Shown here in pieces: positions 1 through 9,708 of a stretch of 64,000 bases of DNA. Made by a program: the position numbers and the translations under genes. Each line of letters opens with the position of its first letter. Within the stretch, counting starts at the first letter, position 1. The notes beneath the pieces were generated by a model that was given only the letters and a program-made list of their open reading frames with translations, had not been told where the DNA came from and did no database searches. Origin of the DNA: a virus; IMG/VR virus record IMGVR_UViG_3300032242_001694; one strand, written 5' to 3'.

Positions 1-22
1 ATAATTCGGTGATAAGCTTCAT
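1..22 (-). CDS. gp21: Prohead protease gp21, 5' end only (runs off window)
   Basis: AGGA RBS then ATG at 22 reading MKLITEL, the typical T4-like gp21 N-terminus; expected position after portal/prohead core genes. Confidence 0.7.
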
Positions 23-31
23 CTTAGTTCC

Positions 32-310
32 TTAGTTTTTATATGCAACTGGAGTAGCAACCAGTGTACTGGCTGTATTATTTGAAGTTAGAATATCAGT
101 TGCACTTTTTTCTACAATCAAACTTTCTCCACCTATAATAGACATAGTCCACTTGGTTGTTGTGTTTGTTGAGTCTTTACACGTAATCAATGCAAGGGTA
201 GTTACTGCAGAAGCATGAGAAATCTTTACTAAAGCACTATTACCATAAGAGCTAAATGTGGTTGTATTACAAACTGATTCAGTGCCAATTGGTTTAATTA
301 TAGTAGCCAT
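32..310 (-). CDS. Hypothetical 92-aa protein in head module
   Basis: ORF; ATG overlaps upstream TGA (TGATG); lies between prohead core genes and gp21. Confidence 0.7.
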   Translation of the reverse strand: MATIIKPIGTESVCNTTTFSSYGNSALVKISHASAVTTLALITCKDSTNTTTKWTMSIIGGESLIVEKSATDILTSNNTASTLVATPVAYKN

Positions 311-468
311 CAGATTCTTCCTTGATCTACATTCATACCCGGAAATGTTATTGGGGTATCCATCTGTTCTAACTCTTCTTTTTTCTTGCCGCGTCTTTTC
401 TTTCTAGACAGGTACTCTCCCTCTTCGTCTCCGCCAAGTAGAGGAACTGCTAGGTCTTCTTTATTTAG
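310..468 (-). CDS. Start-less 52-codon frame, probable -1 frameshift/slippage extension of the 465..1238 protein
   Basis: Open frame LNKEDLAVPLLGG...DQGRI* whose TGA overlaps the next ATG; closed upstream by TGA at 480-478; reached through an A10 run at 469-478. Confidence 0.6.
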   Translation of the reverse strand, partial: LNKEDLAVPLLGGDEEGEYLSRKKRRGKKKEELEQMDTPITFPGMNVDQGRI

Positions 469-1238
469 TTTTTTTTTTCACGCTGTTTTGAGTAGTAAGC
501 TGCAAGCGCCATCTGCATGCGCTTCTTCTTTGACTTACCCTCAAACTGTGGATTATCAGAGTCTACAAAGTCCTTGATCCACTCGGCTGCTGGAGTCTTC
601 TTTGTGAGGACTTCGTCGAGTTCAACTTCTTCTGGTATTCTGTTGAAAGTTGAAGCTAGCTTCTCATGTCTCTGCTTTAACTTTTCTTTTTTATCCGGAT
701 CATTCTCAGTGTTAATAGCTTGACGACTTTTCTTCATCATTTCCATATCATCATCGTCGCCTTCAGCTTCAGCCATCTGTTTCATAGCTTTGCGCGCGGC
801 ATTCTTAGCAACGTTCTTATCTTTTGCTTTCTGGTCTTCTTTTTTATCATAAGGACCTTCAAACGGCGGCTTATCTTCATCTTTTTCTGTAAGAGGCTTG
901 GCTTTCTTACAGTCAGCCATGCCGTGCACTTCACACATGGTACCTTTGGCAGACTCATTGCACTTTGTATTTTCTTTCTCAACAGCTTCATAGACTTTTT
1001 CGTCTTCGCCTCTCTTACGACCGTGACGCTTCTCATCTTTGAAGTTCAAGTCATAGTGAACGTTGCCGGCATCAAACACGCCACTGTCGTTGCCGTTCGC
1101 GTCGCCGTGCTTCTGGATAAGATGCTTTGAAGCGAACTTCTTCTCATCGCCAGGCTTAAGCATATCGCTTACTCTGTTTGGCACGAGCTTTGAGTCGTTC
1201 TTTGCTTTCTTTAGAATGTCTTTAAGCTGTTTAGCCAT
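465..1238 (-). CDS. Lys/Glu-rich prohead core/internal head protein (257 aa, or 309 aa with the extension)
   Basis: Highly charged; L-x-E motifs (LTE, LDE) resembling gp21 cleavage sites; lies between gp67 and gp21. Confidence 0.6.
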   Translation of the reverse strand: MAKQLKDILKKAKNDSKLVPNRVSDMLKPGDEKKFASKHLIQKHGDANGNDSGVFDAGNVHYDLNFKDEKRHGRKRGEDEKVYEAVEKENTKCNESAKGTMCEVHGMADCKKAKPLTEKDEDKPPFEGPYDKKEDQKAKDKNVAKNAARKAMKQMAEAEGDDDDMEMMKKSRQAINTENDPDKKEKLKQRHEKLASTFNRIPEEVELDEVLTKKTPAAEWIKDFVDSDNPQFEGKSKKKRMQMALAAYYSKQREKKN

Positions 1239-1423
1239 TATTGATTGTCCTCTTCGTAATCTGGCTCGCTACTTGGAAAGATAGACTGAGCAACTTCAAT
1301 CTTCTTCATATCAACAGCAGCTGTAAGCTTATCGGCAATAAGAGCGCTGAAGGCGTCTTCGAACTCTACTGGCTTCTGTGTTAAGGCAAAGTCAACTAAA
1401 TCTGATGCTGCATAGTTTTCCAT
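1238..1423 (-). CDS. gp67: Prohead core protein, gp67-like
   Basis: Small acidic ORF directly after portal; start moved to ATG 1423 behind GGAG. Confidence 0.6.
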   Translation of the reverse strand: MENYAASDLVDFALTQKPVEFEDAFSALIADKLTAAVDMKKIEVAQSIFPSSEPDYEEDNQ

Positions 1424-1435
1424 AATTTTCTCCAA

Positions 1436-3205
1436 TTATTTATTCTTAGCTACAATTTGAGTAGCTGATTTGTATCTAGCTTCGTCCTGCATCGAGCGAT
1501 TCTTCATCTTTTGGAAGTGCTGGACGTCTGCGAGGGCTTGGAACAGTCTGCTGGCTTTGTCGTCTGTAGCCGGAGTCTGGTCAGTATCTTGGTCATTGGC
1601 CAGAGGTTGAATCTGAGAGCCAGCCTGTGGCGGTGGAGCGGCTTCAGGCGCTGGTGGAGGTGCCGCAGCGGCAGCCGCCTGCTGCTGTTGTAAAGCTGCT
1701 TTCTGATCAGGGGTCATGTACTGCTCAATGCCCTGCTCGGCTTGGATCTCCATATCCAGCTCTTCCATCTCAGCGTCGCTTTGCTGGAGAACATTCTTTC
1801 TAACCCAAGCGTTCGAGTAGTAGCGGCCAACCTGATCCTGCATGAGGTTTCTAGCAAGGTTGACCCTGTTCTGCATAACTTCAGCGTCTTTAAGCTCGGT
1901 GAAGTAATTGTCTTTAGCGAAGTCAAACTTGATGTCTTGCTGGATATTATCCCAGTCTTCAATAGACATGATCTGCTTAAGGACCAGCTGCTTCTCCAGC
2001 ATTCTAGTGAATAGGATAGCAAACTTGTTGCGAAGCCTGATAACAAAGCGAGCAAACTTAAGCTCGTCTCTAGTTACTTCGGTTGCACGACCAAGCGAAA
2101 ACAGTGCATCTGAGTTAAGGCGATTGATAGGAACGTTAAGAGTTCCATAAAGCTTCTTCTGGAAATAGAGGACGTCGTCCATCTGACCAAGTGTCTGACC
2201 ACCGGGAAGCGTGGTAACTTCTGTACCGCGACCACCTTCACGACGAGGCAGCCAGTAGTCTTCAAGCATGGTTAAGAACTTGCGATCGTCGCGTACTTCA
2301 CCAGTCGAGCCGTCATAGATCAGGCGATTCTTATGCTTGACCATGATGTCGCGGAGGTACTGCTCAGCCTTCATCTTAGGAAGGTTGCCAACGTCGATAT
2401 ACCATACGCGGCGTTCTGGGGCACGAGCTAAGCGATAGATAACCAGAGCGTCTTCAAGGGTTCTCAGCTGGTTCAAAGCCTTGATAGCCTTGTGCATGTA
2501 GCCGAGAACCATGGTTCCCTGGGTGTCTGTTAAGCCTGATGTGACGTGGATGATTGAGTCGAGAGCAATCTTAAGACCAGAAGTCGCAGGACCGACGGTC
2601 TTGTTGCCGTAGTTGAATCCCTTGTCGTTAAAGACATAGTACTCGTTCTGAACTTTTTGAATTGAGACGTCGTGCAAGTCGTTTCCGGATCTTGCTTTTC
2701 TCTTGGTGATCTCGCGGATCTTTCTGATCTTACGCGGATCGATATACCTGATCTCTTTAATACCGGCTCTAGGATTGTTCTTATCAATCATAATATGGTA
2801 GTACAGGCGGCCATCGACGTACCAGCGGCGATAGATCTCATATGCATGTTTCTGGAAGTCTAAGATGTTAAGGCAGTTGGCAAACTCTTCGCGAATCATC
2901 TTCTTCAGATCTTCGCTGATCTTAACATTTTCTAAGTTGATGGAGACAATTGTCTTCTCATCAATAGAAAGAGTCTCATTAACAATTTCGTCAATAGCAG
3001 CGTCACACTCTGGCTGCAGTGACATCTCGCGATATTTAGTAACAAGCTCAGCTTCAGTTCTTACAGTCCCGTCAAGATCAACATAGGTACCAAACGAAGC
3101 ACCCGCTGCAACTACAACAGCCCCGTCTTCCTGCTCTTTAGGAGTGAATGACGGGATCTGATCTTGCTCTACTTTTCTTTCAAACTTGAAACCAAATAAT
3201 TCCAT
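1436..3205 (-). CDS. gp20: Portal vertex protein
   Basis: Motifs IRYIDPRKIRKIRE, LEDALVIYRLARAPERR, EDYWLPRREGGRGTEVTTLPGG. Confidence 0.97.
   Translation of the reverse strand: MELFGFKFERKVEQDQIPSFTPKEQEDGAVVVAAGASFGTYVDLDGTVRTEAELVTKYREMSLQPECDAAIDEIVNETLSIDEKTIVSINLENVKISEDLKKMIREEFANCLNILDFQKHAYEIYRRWYVDGRLYYHIMIDKNNPRAGIKEIRYIDPRKIRKIREITKRKARSGNDLHDVSIQKVQNEYYVFNDKGFNYGNKTVGPATSGLKIALDSIIHVTSGLTDTQGTMVLGYMHKAIKALNQLRTLEDALVIYRLARAPERRVWYIDVGNLPKMKAEQYLRDIMVKHKNRLIYDGSTGEVRDDRKFLTMLEDYWLPRREGGRGTEVTTLPGGQTLGQMDDVLYFQKKLYGTLNVPINRLNSDALFSLGRATEVTRDELKFARFVIRLRNKFAILFTRMLEKQLVLKQIMSIEDWDNIQQDIKFDFAKDNYFTELKDAEVMQNRVNLARNLMQDQVGRYYSNAWVRKNVLQQSDAEMEELDMEIQAEQGIEQYMTPDQKAALQQQQAAAAAAPPPAPEAAPPPQAGSQIQPLANDQDTDQTPATDDKASRLFQALADVQHFQKMKNRSMQDEARYKSATQIVAKNK
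1437..1444 (-). promoter_or_regulatory. T4-type late promoter variant (AATAAATA)
   Basis: ATAAATA core just upstream of the gp67 RBS. Confidence 0.5.
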
Positions 3206-3216
3206 TTAAGTACTCC

Positions 3217-3254
3217 AAAATGAGACGGGGCCTGTATTAAGAGAGCCCCTTCTC
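3217..3254 (-). terminator. Possible weak intrinsic terminator between gp19 and gp20
   Basis: GAGAAGGGGC...GCCCCGTCTC stem followed by ATTTT. Confidence 0.4.
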
Positions 3255-3289
3255 GAAATAATATATCAAGAGGCTACTGTATCTACTTA

Positions 3290-3886
3290 TTATGTAGATA
3301 CTGGTGTAGTAGCTTGTCCTGCGTAAGCGTTAATAGACTCGTTGGCTGGTAGCCAGTAATCGTAAGAGAACGTTACACCAAATGTTTCGATTTGGCTTGC
3401 TGAGTCCCAGTTTAGCGAGATTGCGTCAACTGATGTTGGGAAAGCTCCGATGATGTGATACTCGCGAATAGCGGTTCCATCTTTGCCGTACTGGATAACA
3501 CTTAGGTCAGTCTTGTATGAGTTCTCGTTGCCCGAGTAAGCCGCGTCGCGAATATTAGACTCTAAGCGATTAAGTGAGTTAGACCACTTCTCAAACATTG
3601 AGCGAACGAGAAAGTCTTCGTCGTTCATGATTGTTACTGACCAGTCTTGGAATGTTCTATCTCCAGCAACATTGATCTTACGACCAAAGTAACCAACTGG
3701 GATTGAAGCTATAGATGCTGCCGGCAGCTGAGCCGCCGAGCAGGTGAATCTGAACTTGTCAGCAGACGATTGGTCTGCACCGACGCCGTCAGGCACTCTG
3801 AGGAAAACCTCAAAGAGTGCTGGACGGGCGCCGCCTAATGTCAGACCTCTTGATTTGAAGGTGCTGATATTGAATCCTGAAGCCAT
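3290..3886 (-). CDS. gp19: Tail tube protein
   Basis: GGARPALF, GRKINVAGDRTFQDWSVTIMNDEDF, IETFGVTFSYDYW. Confidence 0.96.
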   Translation of the reverse strand: MASGFNISTFKSRGLTLGGARPALFEVFLRVPDGVGADQSSADKFRFTCSAAQLPAASIASIPVGYFGRKINVAGDRTFQDWSVTIMNDEDFLVRSMFEKWSNSLNRLESNIRDAAYSGNENSYKTDLSVIQYGKDGTAIREYHIIGAFPTSVDAISLNWDSASQIETFGVTFSYDYWLPANESINAYAGQATTPVST

Positions 3887-3911
3887 TATTATTACTCCTT
3901 GCTGCTCTTCT

Positions 3912-3919
3912 TATTTATT
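3912..3919 (-). promoter_or_regulatory. T4-type late promoter variant (AATAAATA) for gp19
   Basis: ATAAATA core between gp18 stop and gp19 RBS. Confidence 0.55.
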
Positions 3920-6038
3920 AGAATTTACCAACGACTTCAGAGAACTGAACGCCGGTTCTAACAGCTACGAAGTTTAGCTGAATATAGTTGATCGAGCGAG
4001 CAGGTTTGATGTAGATGTCTCCAACAAATCTGTTTCCGTCGATAACTTCGGCCGTGTTGTTAGTTCCGTCGCAGACAACTAGGAAGTCTGTGATACCACG
4101 GCGACCCTGAATGTCTCTTAGGTATGGATTAACAAGTGCCTTGAACTGCGCTCTTGTGAAGTCATCGTTGAACTCGAAGAGGAAGAACTTAGCAGCAGTT
4201 GCAATTGCTTTCTCTAGGACGATGAATAGACGACGAACGTTGATATGGTCGAATGCTGATGGCTTGGTCTGACATGTCTTGTCGCCGAATAGTACAGTTC
4301 CCTGTCCTGGGAATGTAACTACTGGGTTTACTCCGTTGGAGTACATCAGGTCGCGATCAGCTTTAGCTGGGTTGAAGCGAACTTTAACTAGGTTCTTAAT
4401 CTGACCACGGTTGAAGCCTGCTGGTGACCACCATGGATCACGTGTGTTGTCGGTTCTTACACAGAGACCAGCAACGTCGCCGTTCATTGGGATCCAGCGA
4501 TAGACGTCGTTGTAGCGATCGTACTGGTACTTATAGCCAGAATCCAACACGGCATATGAGCTGTCGTGGATTGCGCCGCGCCAGTTAACAATAGCAGTTG
4601 ACTCAGTACCCATGTTTGCTTTAACGAGCGTATCTGGTGGAGAGATAAGAGCGATACAGTCTTTTCTTGTCTCACAGATATTGTCGATAATGTAGTTGGC
4701 TAGGTTAAAGTCTTCAACAGTCGTACCATTTACAGCAGTGGTACCTTGACCACCAGGCTTGCCCTGCATCACGAGTGATACGTCTACATTTTCTGCCGAG
4801 GCAAACATGTCGTAGCCGCTTGCAAGAATATTCAATGGAGCATTTGCTTCGCTGTAACCGTCAGTTCCGTATGCAAAGTTTGCAGAGTATGGAACGCTGT
4901 TTGAAGAGTCTGTCAAGCTAGCAGCGATGTTTGAAAGTGCAGACGAGCGATCATGCGCCCACCAAACATACTTAGATGACTCGTTAATCACGCGAGCATA
5001 GTAGTTTGAAGCTCCACCAGTGGTTGCTGCATCAGTTGCTCTTGATAGACCTTGGAAAGTCTCAAGTACTGTGCCTGGAGTGCCGGTGAAGACACCGCCG
5101 TTGTCGATAACAACTACGTGGATTTGGTCAACTACGTCGGTGCCGTAAGCTGTCTGGTAGTCTGACTTTACAGGTGCCTGACCAACAACGGTTGAGTACT
5201 GCCATCTGCGAATTAAGTTAGTGTTAACTGTACTGTTAGCGGTGAATGTCGATGAGAGCTTGTAGTTGCCGGTGAAGTTGATAACAACGTTAGCAACAGT
5301 TGAGTTACTGAAGTTCTGAACGTTAGCGATCTGCATAAGCTGCTGGCCAATGGCGGTGTTACCCATAAGAATAAGGTCGCCGGTTGTGAAGCTTGAAGCG
5401 ATTGTAGTAGCCAGAGTATTAGCCTGCTGAGCGGTACCGCCAACAAACGCGATGTTAGCCTGTGCTTGCCCGAAATCAATCGTTAGCTGAGCGTTAGCAG
5501 TCGCGCTTGTCATAAGCACTGTTGAGATGTATGCGTTTGGAGTATCGCAAACAGAGATTCTGAGTGAGTTACCATAAGCTCCAGCATACTTAGCTACCCA
5601 GCTAACGTTAGCGTCGATAGAACTTGTTAAGCCGCCAGTTGACGTATTGGTAACAACTGTGTTGTTGTATGTAATGTGGTTCTTGATTGCAATGTAGTTG
5701 TTTGCAGGTCCACCACTACGGGCACCGTCGTTGTTAACCCAAGAGTTATGAGCAGACTGTAGATTATTCGATGACGTGGTATTCGCAGCGCGAACGACGT
5801 AAAGGCTATTTCCATAGCTTAAGAAGTTAGCAGCGGTGAAGAACGTTTCTGCGTTGTTTGATGTTGGCGTTCCAAACTGTGCGACAAGTTTGTTCTCTGT
5901 GTCTACCAGAATACGCTCGCCGATCGGACCCCAAGGAAAGATACCCGCGATAGCACCGGTTGATGTTGCTACTGCCGGAACAATTCCTGTTAGATCGATC
6001 TCGGTAACGTTTACGCCTGGACTAAGCTGAAAAGGCAT
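3918..6038 (-). CDS. gp18: Tail sheath protein
   Basis: LSPGVNVTEIDLT, PWWSPAGFNRG, SAFDHINVRRLF, IYIKPARSINYIQLNFVA. Confidence 0.97.
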   Translation of the reverse strand: MPFQLSPGVNVTEIDLTGIVPAVATSTGAIAGIFPWGPIGERILVDTENKLVAQFGTPTSNNAETFFTAANFLSYGNSLYVVRAANTTSSNNLQSAHNSWVNNDGARSGGPANNYIAIKNHITYNNTVVTNTSTGGLTSSIDANVSWVAKYAGAYGNSLRISVCDTPNAYISTVLMTSATANAQLTIDFGQAQANIAFVGGTAQQANTLATTIASSFTTGDLILMGNTAIGQQLMQIANVQNFSNSTVANVVINFTGNYKLSSTFTANSTVNTNLIRRWQYSTVVGQAPVKSDYQTAYGTDVVDQIHVVVIDNGGVFTGTPGTVLETFQGLSRATDAATTGGASNYYARVINESSKYVWWAHDRSSALSNIAASLTDSSNSVPYSANFAYGTDGYSEANAPLNILASGYDMFASAENVDVSLVMQGKPGGQGTTAVNGTTVEDFNLANYIIDNICETRKDCIALISPPDTLVKANMGTESTAIVNWRGAIHDSSYAVLDSGYKYQYDRYNDVYRWIPMNGDVAGLCVRTDNTRDPWWSPAGFNRGQIKNLVKVRFNPAKADRDLMYSNGVNPVVTFPGQGTVLFGDKTCQTKPSAFDHINVRRLFIVLEKAIATAAKFFLFEFNDDFTRAQFKALVNPYLRDIQGRRGITDFLVVCDGTNNTAEVIDGNRFVGDIYIKPARSINYIQLNFVAVRTGVQFSEVVGKF

Positions 6039-6082
6039 TTTTGATCTCCTCCCAATGGAAATAGGCTAATATTTATTTGTTA

Positions 6083-6090
6083 TATTTATA
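6083..6090 (-). promoter_or_regulatory. T4 late promoter TATAAATA (gp18)
   Basis: Exact gp55 consensus about 45 nt upstream of gp18. Confidence 0.75.
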
Positions 6091-7729
6091 AGAATCGGTT
6101 TTCGTCGCTCTCTTCTCTCATTAGCCAATTAGTCCCAGTGAGTTCAAGTTCTTCCGCTAGGTCGTCACTTCCATCAAAAATAAATCCAAATGGGCTAAGA
6201 TCGTTCATGACATCGTCATCGGTCTTTTCCCTGAGCTTCATAAGGGTATTTATGTCGGTAATTTCTTTGAAGTATTGCTGATCGGTTAGCCAGCCAAATA
6301 GAACCAGACCCATCACCATATCGTCGTGATTGCCCGGCTCTGCTTCGTAGCTATTAGCTTTCTTAGAGAAAGTACCAAGTTCTGTAATAGTATTCATGTC
6401 ATTGATGATTAGCTGGTTCTGCTCTACTAAGAGTTTAAGAATAGAGCATCCAACAGACTTAACGGTCTTGGTGGTCCTAACACCTATGTCAACGCCTTTG
6501 CTGAATCCTGTAGTGATTCTCTTACCACCTCGACCAGCATGCTCGGTAAACAATACGTTGTCGTACTCATAGTCATTGTGCAGTCCATAGCTGACTTGCT
6601 CGCCAAGGTCATTGATTTCAACTAGAGCTGCTGCTTTATTATAGCTTCTAAAGACTCTATTGACTATCTCGGCAAAGTCCATAGGAGTGATAAAGTTGTT
6701 TCTATAAGTGCACACCTGCTTATAAGGCATCTGAGATACGTCTACTATGCTGAAAGCTGAGTAGTCAAGACCTTTACCTCTGGATACGTCAACCATTCCA
6801 ACATAGACATGATCTTTTTCTGGAGCAACATACATAAACAGACCATCTTTCTCAAAGACAGGTGTCTGATGTACCAGTTCTTTAAGCTTCCAGCCAGCAA
6901 TAAGAGTGCCGGACGAACCCATGAACTCAACGCAGTACTCTTGCTCGAACTTCTCAACGTCAAAGTTCATTGCTTGCAGAGTGTCAAGTCTCCACTTCTC
7001 GTCTCGGCCTGGAACTTGGTTCCACATGACTTTAAGCGCGTTGTACCCGTTCCTATCTTCATTGGCATTCTGCCATATCTTATAGAAGTGGTTGAGACCG
7101 TTTGGAGTAGAGACTAAGATGATCTTAGAATCTTTACCAGAAGAGATGGTAGGATAAACCGCGGTGAAGAACTCATCCCAGTTATCAATGAAGGCCGCTT
7201 CGTCGATGAAGACTAAGTTGATAGAGTAACCGCGGATGGCGTCAGATGAAGTTGCAGAAGCTAAAACTCTTGAGTCGTTCTCAAGAACGAACGAGCCCTT
7301 GTTCCATTCCTTGACGCCCTGTTGGAGCCACTTGGGTAGGTGCTGGTAAGCGAGCTGGATACGACCAAGAATTTCTCGAGCAGTATCGCCTTTGTTGGCA
7401 AGCAGCGCAACTGTCTTCTCGGCATGAAAGATGATGTACCACAGAATGAACGCGCAGGTTGTAGTTGACTTACCTGCCTGACGGGCCGTGGCGATAACCG
7501 TGTTGCGGTTATCCTGCATCGACTTAAGCATCTCTTTCTGATAGTCGTAGAGCTTAAAGTTGATTAGACCTTCATCGATGCTGATGATCTTCATGTATGT
7601 CTCAGTGAAGTAGACTGGATCCGCAGCACACTTTAAGTACTCAGATATCTGCTCTTCACTAAAGCCAATGTTTTGGTTAGCCCTCTTGATGAGGGCATTA
7701 CCCTTATACCCTTGGATCAGGTCTTCCAT
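6086..7729 (-). CDS. gp17: Terminase large subunit
   Basis: Walker A ARQAGKST, Walker B VFIDEAAF, STPNGLNHFY, nuclease motifs DVSRGKGLDYS and HDDMVM. Confidence 0.97.
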   Translation of the reverse strand: MEDLIQGYKGNALIKRANQNIGFSEEQISEYLKCAADPVYFTETYMKIISIDEGLINFKLYDYQKEMLKSMQDNRNTVIATARQAGKSTTTCAFILWYIIFHAEKTVALLANKGDTAREILGRIQLAYQHLPKWLQQGVKEWNKGSFVLENDSRVLASATSSDAIRGYSINLVFIDEAAFIDNWDEFFTAVYPTISSGKDSKIILVSTPNGLNHFYKIWQNANEDRNGYNALKVMWNQVPGRDEKWRLDTLQAMNFDVEKFEQEYCVEFMGSSGTLIAGWKLKELVHQTPVFEKDGLFMYVAPEKDHVYVGMVDVSRGKGLDYSAFSIVDVSQMPYKQVCTYRNNFITPMDFAEIVNRVFRSYNKAAALVEINDLGEQVSYGLHNDYEYDNVLFTEHAGRGGKRITTGFSKGVDIGVRTTKTVKSVGCSILKLLVEQNQLIINDMNTITELGTFSKKANSYEAEPGNHDDMVMGLVLFGWLTDQQYFKEITDINTLMKLREKTDDDVMNDLSPFGFIFDGSDDLAEELELTGTNWLMREESDENRFL

Positions 7730-8138
7730 TTTTCATATTCTCTATCATTTTCTGCAACTCTGCAGTAGTTCCCACAAACAAGTTATTAGTAACCTGCTTT
7801 GCATTCTCGTTATGAGGCTCGTCCGCAACTTGAATCTCACGAATCTTCTTCTGCAGCTCAAGCAGGTCTTTGTTTGCGTCTAACTGCACCTTCATCAAAG
7901 TAGCTAGAACTTCAAAAGCTCTGGGGTGCTGGCTCTGGTCAGCGATCTCTGATAGTCTTCCGATGGCGTGAGAGCCATTCTGGATTACTTCATGGATGTT
8001 AGACCTAGCCATGTTAAAGTCAGTCATCGCGCTGTCGTCGTGCGCCGTGGCTACTATAGCCTTAACCGCATCGCTCGTTTCTATCGGTGCTAGATTAAGT
8101 GCACTGGCCAGATGATCATTATTAGAAGACTGTGTCAT
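7704..8138 (-). CDS. gp16: Terminase small subunit
   Basis: HPRAFEVLATLMK, NNLFVGTTAELQKMI; adjacent to gp17. Confidence 0.92.
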   Translation of the reverse strand: MTQSSNNDHLASALNLAPIETSDAVKAIVATAHDDSAMTDFNMARSNIHEVIQNGSHAIGRLSEIADQSQHPRAFEVLATLMKVQLDANKDLLELQKKIREIQVADEPHNENAKQVTNNLFVGTTAELQKMIENMKNGRPDPRV

Positions 8139-8962
8139 GTTGTAAGAACCACTGTATTTTCTACATATCCAAAGTCGCTTGTCGCCGTGATCAAGTTTGG
8201 ATCGATAGACTGTGAACCATTTGCGGTTGGTAGACCGTTGGCTGTAAGACCTGGTCTTACTGCGTAGTACATCGTTGGATCTGTATTTCCCACGCCAGAA
8301 ATAAGACTGCCCGATGGGGTGTAGTAGACTGTATTTGCGAACTTGATAATTGCGCCTCTCTTGATTGGTCCATACAGATAACCTTTGAGCGTGAAGTCAA
8401 GTGTCCAAGTAAGAGATCTTCTCTCTTTGAAAGAGCCATCATAGGTATCTTCTTGTGAGATCCTGTCAAGTATAACTGGAATCTCAAGAGTGATGTCCAT
8501 CTCAGGGATGATCTGAACAGTGGTGGTCCAGTCAGGAGTAAAGTACGGTAGGATCTGCTCGATGATCTTCGTGCCGTCTTCAGAGTTTTTAACCATAACG
8601 TGAAGCCTGAAGCCTAAGTTATATGCTACAGGAGCATACTGATACTTCATCTTGTTTGCATCAGTATCTGACACCACATTTCTTCTAATAGTATTTAGCT
8701 TACGATTAGCGTCATACGAGATGTTGGTCATCTCAAAAGACATAACCGGCAGAGTCGGTGTCGCTGTTTGGCGGTCAATGTTTGGATCTGCCAAGACTCT
8801 CGCAAGCATCTTTTCTTTTGGACCATAGGAGATTGGAACTTTGATAAGCGAGGTAACGTCGCCGGCTGAGTCAGTTCTCTCAATTAGAATATCATCAAAG
8901 AGAGTTCCAAAAAGAGTAACGTACTTTCTTATAGTACCAAAGTAGAATGTTTGGCGAAACAT
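8135..8962 (-). CDS. gp15: Tail sheath stabilizer/terminator
   Basis: FGTLFDDI, VPISYGPKEK, IIEQILPYFTP, LDFTLKGYLYGP. Confidence 0.93.
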   Translation of the reverse strand: MFRQTFYFGTIRKYVTLFGTLFDDILIERTDSAGDVTSLIKVPISYGPKEKMLARVLADPNIDRQTATPTLPVMSFEMTNISYDANRKLNTIRRNVVSDTDANKMKYQYAPVAYNLGFRLHVMVKNSEDGTKIIEQILPYFTPDWTTTVQIIPEMDITLEIPVILDRISQEDTYDGSFKERRSLTWTLDFTLKGYLYGPIKRGAIIKFANTVYYTPSGSLISGVGNTDPTMYYAVRPGLTANGLPTANGSQSIDPNLITATSDFGYVENTVVLTT

Positions 8963-9708
8963 TAGACAACTCCCTCACTGAATGGATCTCTAGCAGAGAA
9001 GTCGATGAAGCTGTCTGAACCGGACGGGAAGTTCTCATTCCCTTCTTTAAGAGTCTCGTTCTGAGCACCGGCAACGATTTCTTCTAAGTCGTAGCCTTCC
9101 ATAACGATATAGTTATCGTCTTCATCTACGAGATAGTTACCCTGCTCGTCTCTAATTGACCAGTCAAGAATGTTAGACGAGTACTTAACCTGAATAGCGT
9201 CGATTTCTGGTATGCCAGTATTGAATACCTCGTTTGAGTACTCAAACAGCTCACAGGTCATCTCCCAAGTCTGGAGAGCTCCGAGCTGATAGAACATCTC
9301 GAACTTATTAACGTACTTGATCTGGAAGCACTTGTTATTGAGAGGGAAGAAGATTAAGTCTCCTTCCCTTGGTCTTGTTAGCGCTGTGTATGCGCCGATC
9401 TCTTGGTTAAAGACTTTCTGTGCTATTGAGAACACAACTTGGTCCCTGATCTCAAGACCAAACTTGGACATGAAGTTACCGTCGCCGCTGAATCCATCGA
9501 CAGACTTGATATAGATCTCTACCATGTAGGGATTGGTGTACGACGACTGGTCGTCTGCAGTAAGTAGGTGGTCGAAGTTATTAAGATTTCTCGGAACATA
9601 GAACATGTTCTCGCCATAGATCCTAATCGACTCAACGATTAAGTTCTCAAGAAGCTGCTGCTCTTGACTGGATCTAAAGTTATTGAAGAAGAAATTAGTT
9701 GCCATCAA
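8962..9708 (-). CDS. gp14: Neck protein
   Basis: MSKFGLEIRD, RPREGDLIFFP, FYQLG, CELFEYSNE. Confidence 0.93.
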   Translation of the reverse strand: MMATNFFFNNFRSSQEQQLLENLIVESIRIYGENMFYVPRNLNNFDHLLTADDQSSYTNPYMVEIYIKSVDGFSGDGNFMSKFGLEIRDQVVFSIAQKVFNQEIGAYTALTRPREGDLIFFPLNNKCFQIKYVNKFEMFYQLGALQTWEMTCELFEYSNEVFNTGIPEIDAIQVKYSSNILDWSIRDEQGNYLVDEDDNYIVMEGYDLEEIVAGAQNETLKEGNENFPSGSDSFIDFSARDPFSEGVV

